Part shown: positions 49,025-57,422 of the stretch, in pieces
How positions within the stretch are numbered: position 1 is the first letter of the stretch
How the letters are laid out: each line of letters opens with the position of its first letter
DNA from: a virus
DNA: 64,000 nt
Virus record (IMG/VR): IMGVR_UViG_3300031918_000005
Span: 1-64,000 of that record
Strand: one strand, 5' to 3'
Translations under genes and position numbers: made by a program
The notes under the pieces: model-generated
The model's database searches: none
What the model saw: the letters and a program-made list of their open reading frames with translations, nothing else
Told to the model about the DNA's origin: nothing

Positions 49025-49621
49025 TTAAAATTCTTTAATTAAGCAATAAGATACTCGTTTTTGAGCACCAATCAAATTTAAAATTTTATAATATGAACTT
49101 AATACATTACATACCTGACAACCCATACTCCATGTTCCTACAGTTGGTGCTACAAAACTTGATACAGTTTTTGCATCAGAATTATAACTAGCTGTATGAA
49201 AATTAAGTCCTATAACACCAGTGTGTATTTTACCTATTTCTTCAGCAATTTTATCACCATCATTATCACGATAATAATTAACATTACCAACTTGAACAAG
49301 TGCTCTCATCTTTCCTTTATGTAGTCCAGGAGTCCATAAATCATAATACCAATTATCATCAGCCATAACAGCAATACCATCGGTTTGATATTTTTTATAG
49401 TCAATAAGACCAGCAGAACCTGGATTTGTTGTTATTGAGGTAACCGATAAACAATTTTCACCTTCAAATAAATAGACTTTATCACAAAATGTATTTGGTA
49501 TAATAGTTGAAGCACGAACACCTAACAACCACTTTGTTGGTGGTATTCCATTGAATCCTGCAGTCAATTTGACTTTTTCTAATAATTCTTTGTCTGTGTA
49601 ATTTTTAACATTTGTTGCCAT
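49025..49621 (-). CDS. Putative peptidoglycan hydrolase with YkuD/L,D-transpeptidase-like catalytic motif
   Basis: GLNFH...WSMGCQV (His...Cys); adjacent to the gp5-like gene. Confidence 0.55.
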   Translation of the reverse strand: MATNVKNYTDKELLEKVKLTAGFNGIPPTKWLLGVRASTIIPNTFCDKVYLFEGENCLSVTSITTNPGSAGLIDYKKYQTDGIAVMADDNWYYDLWTPGLHKGKMRALVQVGNVNYYRDNDGDKIAEEIGKIHTGVIGLNFHTASYNSDAKTVSSFVAPTVGTWSMGCQVCNVLSSYYKILNLIGAQKRVSYCLIKEF

Positions 49622-49631
49622 AATTTTTAAA

Positions 49632-50444
49632 TTAAGGGGTTGTTGTTACTGTTTTTGAAAGTATTTGTTTTTCTAATTGATTTACAAGTGTTAACGCTGT
49701 AGCATCTATAGGTAATTTAGCATTTATAATAGTTGCTAAACCTTTTAAAAGTATCATCATTGGTTCACCATTCATATTTGCATAAATTGGATTAGCACCA
49801 ATTTTTGTATCATCACCATTAACATGAACAGTTTGAGCATTAACAGTGCAATTATTTTGACATGTTATATCTATACCACCCTTTGATAATATAGTTATTT
49901 GAGAACCTTGCATTTCTATTTCGGAATTGGAATCTTTATTTTTGAAATAAATCCTATCTGCATCATCCGAAATAGAAATCACTGCTCTTTTTAAGTCAAT
50001 GAGAAATCCTGATTTCTTGGTATAATGTATCTGTATATCATGTTCCTCATCTTCATCATACAACAATGAATGTACACCATTTGGATTATCTTTTATCAGC
50101 TTCTTAAGTCCACTTGTTAATGTTTCAGGAGCAAAATATCTTTGGTGGTAAAAATCATTCATGAAAATAACTCTAACCTTTACACCTATTTTTGGAGTAC
50201 TGTATGCTCCACCACCGTTTTTACTACCAAATGAAAGTGGTAAAAGTGGATATGCATAAGGTAAATTTTCAGTCTTTATTTCACCGATTTCTGATGATGT
50301 AAGACCATAAATTTTCAATTTTATTGCGCCATTACCTTCTGAAAGTTTATCTATATCAGCAATTTCAGCAATATATGAGTTATCGATAATATCTTTTATT
50401 TCGGTAAATCTATTCTTTAATATTTTATCTTTGTTACCCGACAT
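49632..50444 (-). CDS. Baseplate central spike (gp5/gpV-like)
   Basis: N-terminal OB-fold pattern (I..ID...G.IK..IYGL...LPYAYP...S.PKIG..V.V.F) followed by beta-repeats. Confidence 0.75.
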   Translation of the reverse strand: MSGNKDKILKNRFTEIKDIIDNSYIAEIADIDKLSEGNGAIKLKIYGLTSSEIGEIKTENLPYAYPLLPLSFGSKNGGGAYSTPKIGVKVRVIFMNDFYHQRYFAPETLTSGLKKLIKDNPNGVHSLLYDEDEEHDIQIHYTKKSGFLIDLKRAVISISDDADRIYFKNKDSNSEIEMQGSQITILSKGGIDITCQNNCTVNAQTVHVNGDDTKIGANPIYANMNGEPMMILLKGLATIINAKLPIDATALTLVNQLEKQILSKTVTTTP

Positions 50445-50456
50445 ATGAGTTTTATT

Positions 50457-52043
50457 TTATTTATTATATTCATAAACATCTATCCCACAATTATAAATTC
50501 TTGGCATCGTGTCATTTTCTCGTTTATATCCTTGATTTAATTTACGAATTGATTGCTTGGAAACACGAATATGGTTTTTTTCATTCAAAAATTGATAATT
50601 AGGTTTATTTCTTCTCACGAATTCAAATCCAAGTCTTTCATAAATTTTGCCTGTGAATAACGAGATATCACAATAAGTAATTATTTTACAAAATTCATTA
50701 TTATTTATATAATGTTTAAATAATTTTTCAGCACCACCAATAATTGTTGTATTAAGTTTTATAGCATAACGTTGTAAAATATTTCCTTTAAACGACATTA
50801 ATGAAACAAGTTCGCTATTATAATAAAGTCCATAACAAATTGATTGTGTCATTATTTTACCATTAATATGATTTTCCTCAAGAAATTTATTTGTATTATC
50901 CAAATTTACTTCTTTAATTTCACATTTTCTTGCAAATATTTTATGATTTAACTGTGGAGAAATGGTTGTTTGTAATATAGATTTAATCATGTTAATTTTG
51001 TAAACCCAATCATCTTCGAAAATATGAATTAAACGAATTCCTTTTTCATTACAAAGTTCTGATTTCATTTTATGATAATTATCTTTTACAATATAATCAC
51101 TATGCCAATAAAGACCATTGTACTCAATAGCCAAATTTAGTTCAGGAATATAAATATCAAGTTCATAAGGAAAAATCAATTCTTTTTTTCTAACATTTTC
51201 TTGTATAAATTTCTTGTATATAGAAGAAATAAAATTAGCAAGCTGCTTTTCTCCATTGGAAAAATATTTTTCCAATGGATTACATTTTGTACATATTTCA
51301 TGATTTGATGTATTTCTTTGATAGTAAACACTTGAATTTATATCAAATTCTCGATTACATTTTGGACATTTTAAAACAAAAAGTCTACTTTCGGGTAATT
51401 TTTTGATAACAGTATAATCATTATTACCATCTTCGTGTAATCTTATTTGAAAATCTTGTATATATTTTTTATGTTTGTTGTTCTTATATTCATCTGTTTG
51501 AGTATAATGATTAGTACCATATTTTTCTAAACATTTTTGTTTTAAGTTTTTTTTATATTCATCTGTTTTAAAATATGAATCAACCCCATATTTATCCAAA
51601 CACATGGATTTTATTCTTTCAGAAAATCCATTTATTTGTGAAATACTTTCAACACCATACTTATCCAAACATGTTTGCTTGTGTTTGGAAATTATATGTT
51701 TGGATTTCATTGCGTTTTCAACCCCATATTTATCCAAACATGTTTGTTTGGATTTTGAAATTACATCATTGGATTTTGAATATATATTTTGGCATATTTT
51801 TGAACAAGTGTTTGAATAATACTTGTTTCTATCAAAATTTGTTGGTTTACCACATATTATACATTTTGATAATTCAAAATTGTTGTTTTTTATATGCCAA
51901 ATTCTTTGTAATAATGATATTTTATTATAATTAGAATCAAGAAAAAAGGTTATTGAAACAATTTCTTGATATTCTTTGTGTTTATAATAAAATTGTTGTG
52001 GTAAGGATTTGTATTGATTGTACCAACTTACTAAATGATTCAT
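50457..52043 (-). CDS. Zn-finger/CLDKYG-repeat + Vsr-like endonuclease + C-terminal GNAT/Mom-like domain
   Basis: QRIWHIKN; four CL(D/E)KYG repeats; PYELDIYIPELNLAIEYNGLYWH; HIFEDDW; FLEENH..G; IIGGAEKLF; IITYCD...G.IYERLGF. Confidence 0.75.
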   Translation of the reverse strand: MNHLVSWYNQYKSLPQQFYYKHKEYQEIVSITFFLDSNYNKISLLQRIWHIKNNNFELSKCIICGKPTNFDRNKYYSNTCSKICQNIYSKSNDVISKSKQTCLDKYGVENAMKSKHIISKHKQTCLDKYGVESISQINGFSERIKSMCLDKYGVDSYFKTDEYKKNLKQKCLEKYGTNHYTQTDEYKNNKHKKYIQDFQIRLHEDGNNDYTVIKKLPESRLFVLKCPKCNREFDINSSVYYQRNTSNHEICTKCNPLEKYFSNGEKQLANFISSIYKKFIQENVRKKELIFPYELDIYIPELNLAIEYNGLYWHSDYIVKDNYHKMKSELCNEKGIRLIHIFEDDWVYKINMIKSILQTTISPQLNHKIFARKCEIKEVNLDNTNKFLEENHINGKIMTQSICYGLYYNSELVSLMSFKGNILQRYAIKLNTTIIGGAEKLFKHYINNNEFCKIITYCDISLFTGKIYERLGFEFVRRNKPNYQFLNEKNHIRVSKQSIRKLNQGYKRENDTMPRIYNCGIDVYEYNK

Positions 52044-52099
52044 ATTTTAGTTTTTTATTATTTAGTAATAAAATATAAATCATTTTCAATCCTAAACAT

Positions 52100-52759
52100 T
52101 TATCCTTTGTAATGTGTATTTTCTGAATCGGTGTTTCTGAATTGTGTATTCAATCCATCATGTCCTACAAATTCAGGGTCAAAACAATCGATTTCTGAAC
52201 TTCTATTGTAAACGAATGCGCAGGTAAATGATTTATATTGAACAGCAACATCATTCTTTTTCCAAATCATTTCAGAAATAGATTCAAACACTATATCTTC
52301 ATAAGTATTTTGGAAAATTATGTTTCCATAATCATCAATCAACCCCATATTTATTTCAGGTAGAAACCAATTTGGGTTGTTGTTATGTCTGTTGTTAAAA
52401 TGTACAAACAATTTTCTCAAAAGGAAATAACCAAAATAATTATTCATTATCTTGAATTCTATTGCTATCCTTTTATCGGTTTTTGCTCTTGCAGAAAGTC
52501 CAGTAGCATATGTTTTTCTTGTACCCTGTTCAAGTCTTGGAGAAGCCAAGCCATTATTTGACTGCTCATTAACACCAATTTTTAATCCATGAAGAGTGGA
52601 ATTGATAATTGTTGAATTAAGATAATCTATCAAACTTGCATACTGAAAATCAAATCTTTCATAATACTTACCAAAAGATGCCTCAATTTCAGGCACTGTT
52701 TTTAGAAATTGACTTGATAAAGCTGTATAAAAATTGTCATATATAGGATTTGAATTCAT
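52100..52759 (-). CDS. Putative tail tube-like / tail completion protein
   Basis: Size, position upstream of the spike gene, and C-terminal F..I.E....F...F.YN pattern. Confidence 0.4.
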   Translation of the reverse strand: MNSNPIYDNFYTALSSQFLKTVPEIEASFGKYYERFDFQYASLIDYLNSTIINSTLHGLKIGVNEQSNNGLASPRLEQGTRKTYATGLSARAKTDKRIAIEFKIMNNYFGYFLLRKLFVHFNNRHNNNPNWFLPEINMGLIDDYGNIIFQNTYEDIVFESISEMIWKKNDVAVQYKSFTCAFVYNRSSEIDCFDPEFVGHDGLNTQFRNTDSENTHYKG

Positions 52760-52790
52760 ATTTTATTTTATTTATATGTGCTAATAAAAA

Positions 52791-52827
52791 AAAATGGCTC
52801 ACGAATAATATTTCCGTAAGCCATTTT
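52791..52827 (-). terminator. Terminator
   Basis: AAAATGGCT...AGCCATTTT with an A-run on the plus strand. Confidence 0.55.
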
Positions 52828-52850
52828 AATATGTATAGTGTTTTATGTGT

Positions 52851-53963
52851 TTATATCTTGATTTCTATGTTTTTGTATTCAAATGTTACTGTGTGCTTAT
52901 TTCCGTTTAAATCAACTTCAAGCTGATTATCTTCGAAGTCTTTTTTATCTTCGAACCAAGTATTCTTTGTTATAACAAAGAATACAATTTGTGAAATTTG
53001 GAAAAGTTTTCCTTTAATTCTTGATTCAATCTCATTATACCTTTCAGAAATTAATGCTTTTCTAGCCGATTTATAAGCTGTTTCATTTTCAATACCTTTC
53101 AAATCGTTTGCTAACAATTCCTCGAAAACAATTCCTGATTGATGTAGTATCGATTCTGATGGAGTTAAATTCTTTCCACCATCCAATTTTTTCTTAACAG
53201 AAGATAATGTTGGGAGATTTGATAATGAAGATATTTTTGTTTTAAGAGCTGATGCTTCATAAGAATCTTCATCACCAGTATCAAGCTCTTCAGTTTGTTG
53301 AACATATCCATGGCTTGATGTTATTCCTATTGATTTTAGCCAATTTTCGATTTCAACACCTTGAGTAAAAGCACCACCACCCGAATTCTCATCAAACAGT
53401 GACTTTGTATATTTTCTCATGGCTTGAAGATGGAAAAGTTCAACTTCCAGTAATGAAAGTCTACCTGCAGTAATCATCAATGGTTCTGATTCAGAAACCA
53501 CTGGAACTGATTTCAAATCAATATTGATTACATTGATTGATTCATAATCCATGTCTTTTGAAAACTTGATATCATTTTCAATCAAAAATTCTAATAATGA
53601 ATCAGATGCAATCACTGGTAAAAAATCAATATTAGGAACTCCATCCCTTATGATTACATAAGCTCTATAAATATAAGTTGAAACCGCCTTCATACCAAAA
53701 TCATTCAATGGTAATTTTGCTGTGCCATCATATCTTACACGAAGAGAAACATTAGCTCTTGACCTATTAAATGTTATATATTCAAAAGAATAACCATTTG
53801 GGTCATATTCAGGGGTGAAATCAACTTTATCAGATTTTTCGACCTCGACCTCTACCTGAATTTTATCGATTCTTTTATATTCAAAGTGTTTGCTTTGTGG
53901 AAGGAATCTAGATTTCTCATCATATGATAAGAAATTGAGTAAATCAATAAGTGACTTTTTCAT
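52851..53963 (-). CDS. Hypothetical protein (resembles the C-terminal region of phage vWA-associated proteins)
   Basis: RANVS.R...GT..LP...R.Y.II.DG..N...LPV. Confidence 0.45.
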   Translation of the reverse strand: MKKSLIDLLNFLSYDEKSRFLPQSKHFEYKRIDKIQVEVEVEKSDKVDFTPEYDPNGYSFEYITFNRSRANVSLRVRYDGTAKLPLNDFGMKAVSTYIYRAYVIIRDGVPNIDFLPVIASDSLLEFLIENDIKFSKDMDYESINVINIDLKSVPVVSESEPLMITAGRLSLLEVELFHLQAMRKYTKSLFDENSGGGAFTQGVEIENWLKSIGITSSHGYVQQTEELDTGDEDSYEASALKTKISSLSNLPTLSSVKKKLDGGKNLTPSESILHQSGIVFEELLANDLKGIENETAYKSARKALISERYNEIESRIKGKLFQISQIVFFVITKNTWFEDKKDFEDNQLEVDLNGNKHTVTFEYKNIEIKI

Positions 53964-53984
53964 ACAATTTTATGTGTTTATAAT

Positions 53985-54016
53985 AAAAATGGCGAAATGT
54001 TGTCATTTCGCCATTT
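53985..54016 (-). terminator. Terminator
   Basis: AAATGGCGAAATG-TTGT-CATTTCGCCATTT. Confidence 0.75.
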
Positions 54017-54042
54017 AAACATTTTGTTTAAGGAATTTTGAT

Positions 54043-54633
54043 TTATGCTTTTACTGGATTTCCATCCATGTCAAGAAGCAAGCCGAAAATTTTTTCTTTT
54101 CTTTTTCCGATTTTTTCAACATGAGTTGTGATGTAACCCTTTCTTTGCAATGTTGAAAAAGCACCAGCATATGATAAATTACCTTCACATACTCTGAAAG
54201 AGAAACCATATCCAATGCTATATTTTGCATCAGAACCATTTGAAGCTTCATTGATACATTTTTTCAAAACTATTTTTTCAAGTTCAGTCAAAGCTTCTTT
54301 TTGTTTTTTTAACCTTTCAAGTTTTTCACTTGCTGAAGATAACATAAGTATGTCTTTACCTTCAGCAATAAGGTCAGAAATTTTTTCCAAAGGCAATTTT
54401 GTTGTTTTGCTATAAATAACATCAATAACTTTTTCAATAGCGATTTTCAAGTTTTCACCTTGCTCGTCTGAATATTCAGGTAATAAATTACCATCAACAC
54501 AAACCATCAAAGGTTTTAACGAATTATTTTTAACTCCTGATTTTTTAACTAAAAATCCAGTTCCATCAAAAAATAAAGCGTAAATATTTTTAAGAGTTGA
54601 TTTCTCTACTGATTTAAATATTAAATTTTTCAT
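54043..54633 (-). CDS. Hypothetical protein with possible C-terminal winged helix
   Basis: AGAFSTLQRKGYI; start at MKNLIF. Confidence 0.55.
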   Translation of the reverse strand: MKNLIFKSVEKSTLKNIYALFFDGTGFLVKKSGVKNNSLKPLMVCVDGNLLPEYSDEQGENLKIAIEKVIDVIYSKTTKLPLEKISDLIAEGKDILMLSSASEKLERLKKQKEALTELEKIVLKKCINEASNGSDAKYSIGYGFSFRVCEGNLSYAGAFSTLQRKGYITTHVEKIGKRKEKIFGLLLDMDGNPVKA

Positions 54634-54708
54634 AATTTCCATTTTTTAAATTTGACAATTGTTTTTATATTTTGAGGTATTTTAATTTTTAATTTATAAT
54701 TTAGTTTA

Positions 54709-54945
54709 TTAACAATTGTCACTAATTTTGACTAATGTAGTTTTATTTTTAATTGCTAAATTTATTCTTCTAATAATCAATTTTGTTGGAATTGAAAATT
54801 CAGGTATATTAAACCCATGTGTCACTACTTGTATTCTTGTGGAATTCTCATTGGTATCAATAATTTTTACTTCATGATGCTCGTTATTAACACCTTCTCC
54901 TACTACCATTATTACAGTTTCACCGATTATTAAATTTGTTTTCAT
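54709..54945 (-). CDS. Small SH3/beta-barrel-like protein under sigma54-type promoter 5
   Basis: Start MKTNL after AAAAATAGAAATT. Confidence 0.55.
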   Translation of the reverse strand: MKTNLIIGETVIMVVGEGVNNEHHEVKIIDTNENSTRIQVVTHGFNIPEFSIPTKLIIRRINLAIKNKTTLVKISDNC

Positions 54946-54981
54946 AATTTCTATTTTTAAATTATTATTTCCCATTTATAT

Positions 54982-55154
54982 ACAAAAATCGTGCCAAAAT
55001 TTATTAGTATTATGTCAATTCAAAAAGTTTTAACAATTTTTAACATAATACATATTGTTGTTAACATTTGTTAACCTCATACATGACAAATTGACATAAT
55101 AATAACAAATTTATGTCATGACAATACTGACATATCAAGCCTATAAAAATGACA
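54982..55154 (-). promoter_or_regulatory. sigma54-type promoter copy 5 with upstream TGACA/TGTCA cluster
   Basis: ACAAAAATCGTGCCAA at 54982-54997; TATGTCAATTC at 55011; pentamers at 55084, 55092, 55114, 55119, 55128 and 55150. Confidence 0.7.
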
Positions 55155-55204
55155 AACATGCATGCGTGGTTGTGAAGAAATTCATGAATTAATTTATTAT
55201 TAAT

Positions 55205-55984
55205 ATGTCAAAGCATAAATATCTAATTGATTGGTATGAAAAATCAAAATTTGCTAATCATGAATTCTTATCTACCAAAGAAGAATTTAAAGAAATAATA
55301 TCTTTGACTTCTTTTCTTGATGGATATTATAAAAATATATCATTTAAACAAAGAATGTGGCATATTAAAAATGATAAATTTGAAATTCCAAAATGCAAAA
55401 TATGTGGAAAACCTTTAGCTTATCATAGTAAAAATGGTTTATATGGTTATTCAACTGTCTGTAATGATATAAATTGTATGTCACCAAATAGAAAAACTTT
55501 CAATATAGAAATTTTAGAAAAATATACAAAGCATGATTATAAATGTTTGTGTGTTTTGTGCAAATCTGAATTTATAATATCTGTTGAAAGTTATAGAACG
55601 AGAAAAAGAAGAAATAAAATAATATGTACAATATGCAATCCTATTGATATTAAAAATAAATTGATATTCCCAATGCTTCTTCGATTCTTAAAATCGAAAT
55701 TTGGTGAAGAAAATGTTGTTATGAATGATAACAAATCAATTATTGTTAACAATAAATTTATAGTTGTTCACTTCATAGACAATATCAATGCAAACCCTAA
55801 ATTATACCAAGAAATTGATATTATAAATGGTCTTACTGCTAAAGAAATTTGGAATAACAACCAAAAATATGCCGATTCCATCAATCCTGATGGTAAATAC
55901 AAAATCATTATTATTTGGGACTTACACTGGATTAATGAAGGAAAAATACTTAGAAAAAATTTGTTGAAGATTATTAACGAATAA
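55205..55984 (+). CDS. Degenerate paralogue of the Zn-finger/Vsr-like endonuclease family
   Basis: QRMWHIKN..PKCKICGK; CTICNP; NPKLY..AKEIW..IIIWD..W, but the D..IE.NG catalytic motif is lost. Confidence 0.65.
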   Translation: MSKHKYLIDWYEKSKFANHEFLSTKEEFKEIISLTSFLDGYYKNISFKQRMWHIKNDKFEIPKCKICGKPLAYHSKNGLYGYSTVCNDINCMSPNRKTFNIEILEKYTKHDYKCLCVLCKSEFIISVESYRTRKRRNKIICTICNPIDIKNKLIFPMLLRFLKSKFGEENVVMNDNKSIIVNNKFIVVHFIDNINANPKLYQEIDIINGLTAKEIWNNNQKYADSINPDGKYKIIIIWDLHWINEGKILRKNLLKIINE

Positions 55985-56204
55985 ATTTCATTTTTCCGAA
56001 AACTGATTCTAAAGCTTTCCTACATTTCGTTATGAACCAAGAAGATTTATTTTTATATCTTGAGAAAAAATAAACATTACCAGCCTTATCTGAATATCCA
56101 AACACTATTGCATTTGCATTAAGTCTATCCAAAGCACCTTTAGCTATTTCTTCATCGGTAAGCTCTGACATTGGCAATTTTCTTATTTCTAAAATGGTTC
56201 TCAT
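55974..56204 (-). CDS. Hypothetical protein
   Basis: Coupled to primase. Confidence 0.5.
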   Translation of the reverse strand: MRTILEIRKLPMSELTDEEIAKGALDRLNANAIVFGYSDKAGNVYFFSRYKNKSSWFITKCRKALESVFGKMKFIR

Positions 56205-57403
56205 AAGAATATTGAATCCATTTCGTTGTTGGTGAAGTATTTCTGAAGCCCATCAAATCTTATTTGAGGGAATTTTTTAACAATATCATTTATATCTTTA
56301 CACTCGTGTATTCCATAGAAACCTTTTGTTTCCATTTCTTCAAAGTATTCTTTCCACTTAAATACCATATAACCTTTAGCAAGTAAATCATACGCCTTTT
56401 TTCTTCCAGCAATGTCATTATCTGTTATATATAGACATTGCTTATTCTCAACAGTGTTACCAACGCCTAATGATGCAATTGAATTCGGTAAAAAATAAGC
56501 ATCAATAGCACCTTCAAGGCAATATATTGGTTGTGAATAATCAACGAACATCAAACGCCAAGTCATTGATTGTTTATCGAATTTTTGGTTAAGTTCTTCA
56601 GATTGTGGAACTTTGAAAATCTTATCCCAAATGTCAGACCAATTATAACTATCAAATCTTCTTCTTGGGTTTGCCTTAGGTGAGCAATGTCTTATTTGGA
56701 ATCCAAGTATATTATGTCTGTCCGATGCTAAATTAAGAATATAAAGGTCATCATAATAATCGTTATATAGAAATTCCGCAGTTGACTGATTTTTAGTTGT
56801 TATGATTTTTCTATTAACCAAGTAATCAAATCCTCTAGCTGAACGACCTATTTCGGAAAGTCTTAATATCTTTATCAATTCTTCTCTTGGGAATGCGTAT
56901 TTATCGATTTCAGGTAATTGTATATAATTGTATATGTCTTGCAAATCACTTTTCGACATACCATTAATTTGTACATTTTGTAAAATATCACCTACATTAT
57001 CTTTGTATGTCTTAATGAGTTGTTCAAACTTTGTATTGATGTAATAAATCTCTTCTTCAGAGAATTCATCTTGCATATTGAAAAACTGTATAAAAGAACC
57101 CAAAGACATGAATCCATTACCACCCGAATGGTCGTTATAACATTTGAATGAAAAAGTGTTTAGGTATATATGACCTCTTTTTGTTGATGCAGAATTGTGT
57201 GAATCACCACATATAGGACAAGCAAAGTTGTATCCTTTACTGTTTGGAACTAATTTTGATTTGTGATATCCTTGGCCGAATTTTTTGTTAAGGATTTTTT
57301 GTAACACAATTCCCATCTTTTTATTGAAAGATTCCTTATCAAAGGAAAAATCCAAATCTACATCTTGTAAATTGAATATATTACCAAAATCTTCTTTACC
57401 CAT
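56201..57403 (-). CDS. DNA primase (T4 gp61-like)
   Basis: FACPICGDS..KRG..FKCYN Zn finger; LEGAIDA; TOPRIM DND; KDIND. Confidence 0.9.
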   Translation of the reverse strand: MGKEDFGNIFNLQDVDLDFSFDKESFNKKMGIVLQKILNKKFGQGYHKSKLVPNSKGYNFACPICGDSHNSASTKRGHIYLNTFSFKCYNDHSGGNGFMSLGSFIQFFNMQDEFSEEEIYYINTKFEQLIKTYKDNVGDILQNVQINGMSKSDLQDIYNYIQLPEIDKYAFPREELIKILRLSEIGRSARGFDYLVNRKIITTKNQSTAEFLYNDYYDDLYILNLASDRHNILGFQIRHCSPKANPRRRFDSYNWSDIWDKIFKVPQSEELNQKFDKQSMTWRLMFVDYSQPIYCLEGAIDAYFLPNSIASLGVGNTVENKQCLYITDNDIAGRKKAYDLLAKGYMVFKWKEYFEEMETKGFYGIHECKDINDIVKKFPQIRFDGLQKYFTNNEMDSIFL

Positions 57404-57422
57404 ATTATAAAAAGTTTCAAAC

